This document shows positions 15,450 to 27,147 of a DNA stretch of 64,000 bases, in pieces. The notes under the pieces were generated by a model, which was not told the DNA's origin, searched no databases, and worked only from the letters and a program-made list of their open reading frames with translations. This DNA comes from Octopus sinensis (lineage: Eukaryota), in the NCBI RefSeq assembly GCF_006345805.1, contig NC_043014.1, positions 52,452,001 through 52,516,000 of the forward strand. Reading direction: 5' to 3'. The translations under genes were made by a program, and so were the position numbers. The stretch's first letter is position 1. Each line of letters starts with the position of its first letter.

Positions 15450-16503
15450 AAGGTCAGTCAAAATTTATCCGCATTTTTTGCCAAACATTCTTTAGATTAG
15501 CTGCACTACCTTCAGCGCTCGCGTGATAAACGTTGGTACGCTTGTGGTTTTACGTAACCCAGGTTTGACCTTGTTTAGTCTATCTTCGTTATGACGCAGA
15601 CTAAACATGGCTGTTCTGCTGGCATTGTTCACCGAAGAAAAGCAGAGGTCAGCGATCCGATGTCTCTGGTCTGAAGGTGTGTTTGAGCTGCGATTAACTG
15701 CAGGCTTTCATTACAATACGGGGGCCAGCGCTCTACTGCGCAGAAGTGTGTATGAGTGAATCGAAAAGCTTGAAAATGGGCCGAAAAAGCTTGAAGCACG
15801 AAGAGGGACCAGGACACCCATAAGCCTCTACTACTGACGTGAAGATTCAAGAAGCTTAAGGGATGGTTCTGGCGGACCGACTAGTGACCATCGATGAAAT
15901 GGCGTGTTCTCCGCAGTTGGTCATGGTTCTGCATCCGAAATCATCCATGACAAGCTTCGCTTCTGTAAAGCGTAGGCAAGATGAGCACCAAGAGGGATTA
16001 CCAAAGAGAAAATGCTTATTGGACAGCAGCAACGATGAAAGCAAACATTTTATGGAGAGAATAATCAGAGGAGATAAGACCTGGCCCCATCCAAAAGGCG
16101 AAGTCTGCAGTGGAAACAACCAGAATTGCCGATGAAAAAAGAAAATCAAGATTCAACTTTCCGCAAAAAATGTGATGCTAACCGTTTTATTTTTGGGACG
16201 CAGAAGGGTCTATACTGGGATATTGTTTGCAAAGTGAGTTCACAGTCACCAGTGTTGGCTACACTGAAATGCTGGCCAAAAATCTGGAACCAGTAAGTTG
16301 CACCACATGTTGAGGTCTATTGCCGGGACGGGTGTTATTGCTGCACGAAATGTACACCCACAAACGGCCGCCCACACACGGCTGCACACACGGCTGCACA
16401 CACCATTGAAACCATTGAAAAATTAGGTTTTGAGTTGCTGGATCCCCCTGCATACAGTCGAGTTCACGGTCCTTCTGTTATCACGTTTTTGGATCGCTCA
16501 AAC
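15450..16503 (+). mobile_element. degenerate mariner (DD34D-type) transposon
   Basis: Frameshifted motifs: RLVTIDEMA, FMERIIRGDKTW, SAKNVMLTVFW, LLH...P.TAAHT, LGFELL.PP.YS; TIR-like start ggtcagtcaaaatttatccgc. Confidence 0.82.
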
Positions 16504-16504
16504 A

Positions 16505-16650
16505 ACAACCATTCCCCGGCAGAAATCAAGGCTGCGATTTAAGGACTGTGTAAGTTATTAAAGGCCTGTGATGTGTAGGAGACCGACTGGGAGAGCAATG
16601 CCTGTCATCGCCGCAGATGGAGGAAGCAGGTTAAGGAGGGGGGGCACCAC
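16505..16650 (+). mobile_element. RTE-like LINE extreme 3' remnant
   Basis: RQKSRLRFKDC and DWESNACHRRRWRKQVKEG. Confidence 0.5.
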
Positions 16651-16715
16651 CCTTGTGTGTATATGTTTGCGTGTGTGTTTATGTGCGTTTGTGTGTATGG
16701 GTGAGTGTGTGTGCG

Positions 16716-16762
<47 letters not shown>

Positions 16763-17321
16763 TCAATATATCGTGGTTAAAGTAAAGTTTAATTACGACA
16801 CACAGACACATACACACACGCACATACTTATACACACACATATACACTCATACACACTCATGAACACACACACACACACACATACATACAAACACACATA
16901 CCCAACCAAAAGGCCTACACTGTAGGAAGATGAGAGATAGTTTTGATTCCCCGTCTCCGTCGAGCATTTGGTTCCCAGGGTGTTATTGTGGACTTGTTGA
17001 GGTGTTCTGGTCTTTTGTGTCGAAATCCTTCCCTCAAAGCCTCCACACAGCACACTTTGCAACCCTCTGGTCAGGGCTAAACCAGTGGATGTAGATCATC
17101 GGTCCCCAACCCTTTTTTTTAGATATCGAACCCCTTCGGTTCCTATTTACTCAGGTGGACCTTCATAACCATTCCCTGTTTAAAGAAATCCTGCATAGTT
17201 TTGTAATTAAATTTTATTAGGAATTCTATAAAAAGAAATTACTAAAATATTTTGTGTACCATTAGAAATATATGTATGTCTGAGTGTGTCTGAGTGTATT
17301 TCTGTACTTCTACATACATTG

Positions 17322-17378
<57 letters not shown>

Positions 17379-17415
17379 TATATATAGTGTGTGTGTGTGT
17401 GTGTGTGTGTATTTG

Positions 17416-17459
<44 letters not shown>

Positions 17460-17496
17460 TTGTCGCAATACTACACGGTGGCTGTGTGAGCTACGA

Positions 17497-17669
17497 ATCC
17501 TCGTCGCCACTGTTATGTCGTACTTTCTGAAGCCCTCTCCTCCACTCCATTCTACTCCGACTCTCACCGCTACTCAACTCTCCTCCCTCGACGTCTAGAC
17601 TTCTCCCTCTATATCTACGTATTGGCCTAGCCTACTTCATGTCCGGGGGCGTCCACACAATACACAACA
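17497..17669 (-). mobile_element. Gypsy-type LTR (~159 bp, TGTT...AACA) plus primer binding site
   Basis: Minus strand: LTR ends ...cataaca, then g, then TGGCGACGAGGAT, complementary to the 3' end of tRNA-Ser(GCU). Confidence 0.6.
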
Positions 17670-18144
17670 AAACACACACACACACACAATATATATATAT
17701 ATATACATCCAAACATACGTACAGACAGACACTCACACAAACATGCATTCACTTACATACATACGTATTTGATTCTTACGTATGATTTTATTGTAGGTGT
17801 TCTGTGTATTCGCTGCACTGGTCCGTGTCAAACGATTAAATTCTTTCTTCACAGTTTTGAGACAAACAATGAGAGCAATCTCTTTTGTCATTCGAAAGTT
17901 GTCTTTCAACAACAACGAAAAAAATTGTTGAAATAGGAAATTGAAAACTAGAGCTTCAGAGAAAGGGTGAAAGAATTGAAAGAAATGGCCAGGGTGTGCG
18001 CAGGCGCGAGTGCGTTTTATTCAATAATAAAAGTTAAGAGAATTACGTGTCACAAAACAAGTTTCTTTTCCACACACACACACAGATATATACCTATATG
18101 TGCGTGTGTATATTTAATATACACTCATAAACATACACACACAC

Positions 18145-18218
<74 letters not shown>

Positions 18219-19194
18219 TGTTATATTTCGGAATGGTCATTTTGCCAGTTAGCCAATAGTTTTGAAGAAATGACCGATGTAAGAAATTTGAAAAGCTGAA
18301 CGCGAAACCGGTCATTTCTTCAAAAACTATGTCTTGTATGAAAAAAAATTTATAACATTCTTCAGACATATTGACTCAAAATATTTTTAACCTTTTTAAA
18401 ACAAGCCTTCTGTAGTTTTTTCACTTTTTACTATTTTCTATATATTCAACCACGTGCTTTCACACACCTGGAGCGCCTATTAATAATAATACTGTAATTG
18501 TTCCATTGTTGTTGTTTTTTTGTTTTCCCGTTTGGATTAAAATTATATATATATATATATATATATAAATAATATTCGTAGCCATTTCAATATGGCTGTC
18601 CGTTCGAACGGACTTTGTTGCGATTTTTTAACCTCAAGAGAACATCTTGCGCTGATTAATGATGAAGTTACAACTACTGCGTTGATCTCTTTGAGACATT
18701 TTAGAATTAGCATTTTGCATATATATATATATATATATCGTAGGAGAGACTTGTTTAAGCTGTTGATAATTAGTGGGACTGAACCCGAGACCATATGGTT
18801 GGCAACACGATACCGTGCATAATCTCTTTCTACTTGCAGGTATATACCTGTAACTCGTTTGCTAGCATTTAATCTTGATTATTTTTTCATTTATGAAACG
18901 CAAACCATAATTTTGTCAAGAATCTTACCAAAAGCACTTCGGTCCTTGAGCGAGCGCTTAAAATGGATTCCCAGTCAGAGAATATGAGAACATGTATGGA
19001 CATGAAAGTGATCAGTGTTCCGCTGCAGTTACTGGAGCTGTTTCCATATCAGCACCTCGAGCTGGACTCCGGGTACGTGAACGATCATAATTAGACTTGT
19101 ACAAAGTGCAATGATACCACAGACTGTAGCGACAATATTTCTCTATAGATCCTCTTCCGTGTCAGGTTTTAACAATATACCTAACGCATAATGA

Positions 19195-19610
19195 AGGCGG
19201 TGAGCTGGCAGAACCGTTAGCACGCCGGGCGAAAGGCGTAGCCCCATTTCGTCAGCCGTTACGTTCTGAGTTCAAATTCCGCCGAGGTCCACTTTGCCTT
19301 TCATCCTTTCGGGGTCGATAAATTAAGTACCAGTTACGCACTGGGGTCGATGTAATCGACTTAATCCGTTTGTCTGTCCTTGTTTGTCTCCTCTGTGTTT
19401 AGCCCCTTGTGGGTAATAAAGAAATAGGTATTTCGTCTGTCTTTTTGTTCTGAGTTCAAATTCAGCTGAGGTCCACTTTGCCTTTCATCCTTTCGGGGTC
19501 GATAAATTAAGTACCAGTTACGCACTGGGGTCGATGTAATCGACTTAATCCGTTTGTCTGTCCTTGTTTGTCCCGTCTGTGTTTAGCCCCTTGTGGATAG
19601 TAAAGAAATA
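19195..19610 (+). mobile_element. SINE family B plus tandem partial copy
   Basis: Family B similarity. Confidence 0.88.
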
Positions 19611-19691
19611 TATATCTAACACATAATCACATAAGAATTCTACACACACACACACAACACACACACACACACACACCACACATTACTATAT

Positions 19692-19740
<49 letters not shown>

Positions 19741-19802
19741 CTATATAATATATATATACAATATATATATATAATATATAATATATATATATATATATAT
19801 CT

Positions 19803-19837
<35 letters not shown>

Positions 19838-20501
19838 CAACCCTCGTCAATTTACAGCGAATATTTTGACATTTTGAAATCGTCAACCAGCTCCTCACAT
19901 CAACCGAAGCAATACTATGTTGTAGGATCACGCATTATAATCCTTAAATTATTATGAGCGCGGCGTAGCTATGTGGGTAAGAAGCTAGCTTTGCATCAAC
20001 GTGGTTTCCAGTTCAGTCCCACCGCGCGGCACCCGAGCAAGTGACTTCTATCGTAGCTTCAGGCCGACCGATGGTTTGTGAATATATTTTATAGAAGGAA
20101 ACTTTCAAAGCCTCAACAATCACTGAAGATTTGTTTAGATCTCCGTAACTTACCCGTTCGACAAAAGAGACCGATAGGAAAAGTACCAGATTTAACAAAA
20201 CCGTAGGTAGTGCAGTCGATTTGTTCCAGTAAAACCCTTCGAGGCGGTGGCCTGCCTCAGCATGGCCGCAGTTTAATGACTGAAACAAGTAAATGTTAAA
20301 AGGTAAAAGATACACACACACACACACACACACAAGCACATAGAAAACTACAGCCGTTATTTTTTCATTCTCTAGTTTTTATTGACGGAAACGGGTACGG
20401 CGCAATCAAACGGTGGCACCGCACTCCGGATTCGAACTGCTTTTGGCCCAACTATAATAACATATTTGAGTTCTTCATTCTCTATTTTCTTATAAGCAGA
20501 A

Positions 20502-20987
20502 ATGGGTCTTACGCAATCCAAAAATAGCATTACACTCCGGATTCGAACCGGTGACCAGAAAGGAGCAGCAACCGATGCTAACGTTTATGCTATATTATAC
20601 GATACTTCGGATAACGAAAGTGAGAAGATCCTTGTGGACAACTTCTGGAAAAGGGATTTTAAAATCGGGGCCCTCGACACTTTTGATATTGAACTCCCGG
20701 AATCGTTCACAGAAGTGAAAAAAATTGAACTTTGGACCGAAAAGGCTACAATCGAATTAACATCTACAACTTGGTTCATACAAACAGTGGAATTGGTACG
20801 TGGATTTACTAGAAAGAGCGTAGTGTTTCCTGTTTTCCGTTGGATAAGGCCATCGGTCCATTATTTCCTTTATCCTTGGAATACATTCTTACCACAGAAT
20901 GATCCGGATAAGGAGCAACGAGAAAACGAAATCAAGTACACACGTGAGATGTACAAGTTGAAATATCAGAGAGGACGTCCTACTATG
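20502..20987 (+). CDS. LOX-A coding exon 1 (PLAT domain, MGLTQSK...GRPTM)
   Basis: [23 protein letters not shown] and FPVFRWI are PLAT/LOX motifs. Donor GTGAGT at 20988; acceptor-like ttttcttataagCAG just before aaATG. Confidence 0.95.
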
Positions 20988-22526
20988 GTGAGTATAGTTT
21001 TAATATGTTCACATAGCTCTCTCTCTATATAAAGCTGAAGTTGTCTGTGTATGGCAGGTTTGGTAGCCTTCAACTAACACTATCTCCGCCAAGACCCTGC
21101 GGTGCAAGTTGACCAAAATTGAGAGTATGATAGAAGAAGGCTTACTCTTCCTCCCGTAGAAGAAAAAATTCAAATCAGACCATGTTAACACCAAAAATGT
21201 TTTCTATCAAAATCCCTATTTTTTACGATTTTTTGACTGCTGTGTCGCCATTTTCCGGTGTATTTCAACCAGAAATAAAGAGAATAACAAGCTACATAAT
21301 GCAAAATTTTTACTTTTCAAAAATTCCAATTCTACAGGGTCGAAACAAACCCGAGCAACGCCGGGCGATACAGCTAGTAATTTATATTCTTCTGTAATTG
21401 TTTTCGTAATTCAAAGAGCAAATGAGGGCGAAGCCAGCACGGAAGACATCGCTTTCATCTTTATAATCATAAAAAAAAAACTGTAGCAGCAAAATAAATA
21501 CAGAAAAGACTCGCAGAAAGAAACACAGCGCGAAAAGTTGGCTCAACACCTTTACTTCCTTTCAACGTAAAATTAATTATTTTACACTTGCGTTTGGTTT
21601 TGTAATTTTTTAATCCCTGAAATCTTTTAAAAAATATATTATCCAATCCTGTCAATAAATTTTTTTTCAAAAATGTATATTCAGAATATATGGATGGATC
21701 TCGGACCTCCATAAGTTAGGACTGACTATATAACAGCTCTTGGAAAGGTCTTCTCTTGAATGCATTCCTGGATAAAGTTTTCTAGCAAGGAAGAGTTGCA
21801 AACTTCCCCTCCCTATTCCACCGGTATTATTGAAATAAAAGATAAGGGTCGATACTACTTAGTTCCATATTATATCTTTTAGTCTGGTGGAAAGGCACCC
21901 CAAGGCATTTTACAGGTAAAAAAAACAAAAACAAAAACCCTCAACGTTTGTGAGAATTGAAGTCAAAACATGCAAGGGAGGTAACTATTAAATGTTGATT
22001 CATTAAAAACAAATGTTCGCTCAGCATTCGTTGCTCAGATTCGATCTAGTTCTGCTTTGATTTTAATATCACTCAACACCTTCACTGGAGTCAATATATA
22101 GGTACCAGTGATATACTGGTGTTTGAGAATTCAGTTGACTATACACCAACCTCTGCCTCTCCCTGATAATCGTAGCCATGTCCAGTTGTAATCAATCAGA
22201 AAATTGCCAACCATCGACATCAGATCGAACATTTTTATCGAGGGTCTGCTGATGATTCAAGTGATCACAACCGCATCAGTATTGACTGCTGCTTTATATT
22301 ATCGATCTCTTCCGCAGGAATCCTTGTAGGACTTGAACTCGGAATTTAAGGGATTCAAGATCAAATTGACGGTCACTTCACTGGTCTTACCAATCAACCG
22401 CCATTAATATAATTTATTATAATGAGTTAAATAATGTAATCAATTTTGATAATCTTTTTCTACTTTTAATTGAACAGTTGGAAAGCTTGCCTGCTGATGA
22501 AGAATTCTCAGATTCATATAAGGTAA

Positions 22527-22573
<47 letters not shown>

Positions 22574-25349
22574 AAAATATAAAAATTTCTAAGTCTCTCT
22601 AAAGGAGACTACGGCAGCGTTACTGGATATTAATAGTTATCGCCAAGCTAATATGGTAGTCCATAAATATAAGACTAAAGCTGCCGCTGATTAGCTCCAA
22701 GATGGCCTCTTGGAGCTAATCAGCGGCAGCTTTAGTCTTATATTTATGGACTACCATATTAGCTTGGCGATAACTATTAATTATATATATATATATATAT
22801 ATATACATACATATATGCACAGATGTGTACACACAAGTTGAAGTTTAATTCATAGATATAAGAACAAAGTTGTTTCCATATATTTTACGTTGAATTTCTT
22901 AAATAACAAGAGAATAGTTCTCAATGTATCTTGTTGTTGGTTAGAATAATGCATTGATAATTACAGAGCCGGAAGTTTTAAAATAGTCTAGCTTAATCAC
23001 AGAGATTAAAAAGAGATATTTTCATATAATTTAATACGTGTACAATTTATTAGGTGGGTGTTGATTAATCGACATCAAATTCGTTACCAAAACTGTAGGT
23101 TACCTTTGTGAAGTAAATTATTTCGACCAATAAGAGACTAAAAGTCTTTGGAGCCATATAATTTTATAAGGACATATGGAACCCTTTTTTTCTGCTCCTC
23201 TCTGCCCGACAGCAGGGAAGAGTCTGTTTGTCTGTCCTTCTTTGTCCCCTCTGTGCATGGGATGATGGAACATTTGTGTACAGCATCGAACTAATACAGC
23301 TTCCGAATCAGTTATGTTCTTTTATGCCAAGGTAAACGTTGCCTTTCGTTCCTTAAACGAAATGAAACATTTTATTTCAGAAACTCCTATTCACAACCAA
23401 GTTGGAGGTTAAGCTGAAGAACTGGATAAGTTCAATCACAACAGATTCCTGGGAGACGTTGGATGATCTGACGAACATTTACTACAAAGAAGGGATCACG
23501 AAACCAAAGGTAAGTCTTTGAAAAATTCTATCACATGATGTGAAGTATAGCGTCGTAGCTTAAAGGTTTACAACAGAGCACCATTAGTGTAGAGTCATTT
23601 CGATGAGGACGAGTGACAAGGGAGTGTTTGTATCGAAATGAATAACATATTGGATTTTTTCTTGAATGCGTCGGCAGTTTTGTACATCTGTCGTTGATCT
23701 GCACCAGTGTAAGGCCAAGTTGCGTGAGTCACTATGTGGTTGCGTTATCCACTAGAAATAGAAACTAGATCTCACCCAAATGATAGAACGACTTAAAAAA
23801 GGATACATTAGATATTATTATCCGAGATTATATAAAGAGAAAGGCGGCGGGCTGGCAGAAACGTTAGCACGCCGGGCGAAATGCTTAGCGGTATTTCGTC
23901 TGTCTTTACGTTCTGAGTTCAAATTCCACCGAGGTCGACTTTACCTTTCATCCTTTCGGGGTCGATAAATTAAGTACCAGTTACGCACTGGGGTCGATGT
24001 AATCGAATTAATCCGTTTGTCTGTCCTTGTTTGTCCCCTTCTGTGTTTAGCCCCTTGTTGTCTTTGTTATACACCACAGGTTTGTGAATACTGGCACGAT
24101 GACACGTGGTTTGGATATCAACGACTTAATGGTTGTAACCCCAAATCAATAAAACTGTGTGAAGAAATCCCTTCAAAGTAAGTCAATATTTTCCCTATTT
24201 AGAACAATTGTATATTTAAACAGGAGTAATTTAAATATTAGGGGCTCGCTAAGCTTCACCAAAATCCACAGAATATTCCAGATGAATTTAAGGCGGTGAG
24301 CTGGCAAAATTATTAAGCACTCCGGTTAACATGCCTAGCAGTATTTCGTTCGTCTTTACGTTCTGAGTTCAAATTCCGCTGAGGTCGCTTTGTCTTTCAT
24401 CCCTTCGGGATCTATAAAATAAGTACCAGTTGTACACTGGGGTGGATGTAATCGATGTACCATCTCCACCGCCGGACTTATTGGCCTTGTGCCAAAATTC
24501 ACATTTTATTAATCCATCGAATTGGGTGATAGTGACAAAGGTTACAGCGTTTTAGCAGGTGTTTGTCGAAATGGCGATAAATATCGAAAATCTCTGCTCT
24601 GACATTTAAATAGTTTACGGATTTGTTAAAGTTGTTGAATTTGAAGCTATTATAGAAAATGTCTTTAATTTTTGTTTTTAGACAATAATAGATTTCATTC
24701 AGTTAAATATTGGTTTCGTTTCCTCGAGACAATTCTTTTGTTCTCTGGAGCGAGTATTATCTGACATAACCTCAGATTGGCCATTGTCTATATATTATCA
24801 AACTGCAGTTTGATAAGGGTCAAGCAAGAAATTCTCGGCCCTTGAGCCACACTGTAACTCCTGCCGATTAAAAATACAAAAGATTAAAATACTTCTACTC
24901 ATGTTTTGAGTTCGATGATAAGATGCTACAGGCGCATTCATGGTTATGTAGCAAGAAGTTCACTATCCAATCAGTCTCACAGCATGGCATATTGGCCGAC
25001 TGTCTTTTGCTATGGCCTCGGGCCGACCAAAGCCTTGTGAGTGAATTTGGTAGACGGAAACTGAAAGAAGCCTGTATGCATGTATGTATGTATGCTTGTG
25101 TGAGTGTGTGTCTTTGTGTCTGTGTTTGTCTCCCACCATCGCCTGAAAAGCGACGTTGATTTCTTTACGTCTTCAATACTTAGAGATTCGGCAAAAGATA
25201 CCGATAGCAAAAGTACCAGGGTAAAAAAAAAAGAGATTTAATACGGGGGTCAATTCATTCGACTAAAATAATTCTTCAAGAAGATGCCTCATCAGGGCAC
25301 GACTGAAACGAGTAAAGGATGAGAAATACAGACGTATGTGCGTAGCTTA

Positions 25350-25406
<57 letters not shown>

Positions 25407-27093
25407 TGTGTGTGTGTGTGTGTGTGTATTATGGGGAGATGGAAAACGAACGTTTCTATAAGCGAATCGTTATCTTCAGCGAGAGAAAGAAATCATTTTG
25501 GTTCTCTTTGACTCAAAGACTTTTCTCAAAGATCCTTTCTCTCTGCGACATTTGAATTTATCTAAATTCCATCAACTTTATTTCATGAGGGTTTTTGCAA
25601 ATGCAGGCGGTCAACAAATTCCTCTGATTCCTTTTCCCTCATTTTATTTCTTGCTTCTTGTAGACTTGCAGTGGATGAGGAGATGATGAAACCAGTTCTG
25701 GATGGAGAAACATTGGAAGGACTAATCGAAAAGAAGCGACTGTTTTACGCAGACTTAGAAATTTTGGAAGGCATTGGCCACAATCAAAGATTTGATGTAA
25801 GTTACATACACGCATACAGACACACACACACACGCACACACACACATTGGTACACATGCATACACACATTCACAGATATACATATACACACATATATTAT
25901 TTCTTTACTGCCCACAAGGGGCTAAACACAGAGGGGATAAACAAGGACAGACACACGGATTAAGTCGATTACATCGACCCCAGTGCGTAACTGGTACATA
26001 TTTAATCGACCCCAAAAGAATGAAAGGCAAAGTGGACCTCGGCGGAATTTGAACTCAGAACGTAACGGCAGACGAAATACGGCTACGCATTTCGCCCGGC
26101 GTGCTAACGTTTCTGCCAGCTCGCCGCCTTATATATGTATGCATACACATATAAACACACATACAAAGGTACACATGCATACACACATACACTCATAAAC
26201 AGATACGCATGCAAACACGCATACACTCACACATACACAGATATACATGCATATACAGCGGCGAGCTGGCAGAAACGTTAGCACATCGGGCGAAATGCTT
26301 AGCGGTATTGCGTCTGTCGTTGCGTTCTGAGTTCAAATTCCGCCGAGGTCGACTTTGCCTTTCATCTTTTCGGGGTCGATAAATTAAGTACCAGTTACGC
26401 ACTGGGGTCGATGTAATCGACTTAATCCGTTTGTCTGTCCTTGTTTGTCCCCTCTGTGTTTAGCCCCTTGTGGGCAATAAAGAAACAGATATACATACAT
26501 ATACACACACGCACACACACAAACGTAGGTGACCAAATTGGACGACATTCTGAAAGCGGACGAACGAATGAAAGAGCAATGAACACATTCAGTAAGGGTT
26601 ACATGTGTTTCTTAAAACAGCTTGGTTCGGTTTCGTGCTACTTTAAGTTTCGCGGGTTCCAAACGGGATCTCATCTCTTTCAGGCTTCGAATGAACCCTA
26701 CATCAATCCAAAGCCTGAAAAAGTCAGGTTCACGATGCGTGCTTCAGTTGATCCGATCAACGGAACAGCCTATATATGGTGCACCTGTACAGGTAATGTC
26801 AGTTTGACGGAGGGAGTGGGCTTATCTGAACACAAACATTTGGATAGCTATAAACGAATCACCTGTGATATTGTTCGGGATGAAATCACCGAACCCTCAT
26901 ACGTCATCTAACAACGGGGAAGTCCGTGATGCATATCTATATATATATGCTTATGCATATCTATATATCTGTATATCTACACACGCAGACACACATACAC
27001 ATACACACACATGTACACACACATATATATATATGTATATATGTGCATGTGTATGCATTGATGTGCAAGTGTATATAAACATACAAACACAAA

Positions 27094-27147
<54 letters not shown>

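Noticed and set aside
15450-16503. Functional or domesticated mariner transposase
   Set aside because: Multiple frameshifts and stops, and the catalytic motifs are degraded.
18940-19190. Non-repetitive, GC-balanced block upstream of LOX-A as a coding exon
   Set aside because: Only short ORFs with no recognisable similarity; it could be UTR or old TE sequence.
13900-20501. Allene oxide synthase (catalase-like) domain fused upstream of LOX-A, as in coral AOS-LOX
   Set aside because: I recognised no catalase-like exons; the region is TE and microsatellite debris, and the MGxxxSK start suggests a stand-alone LOX. A tblastn with coral AOS would settle it.
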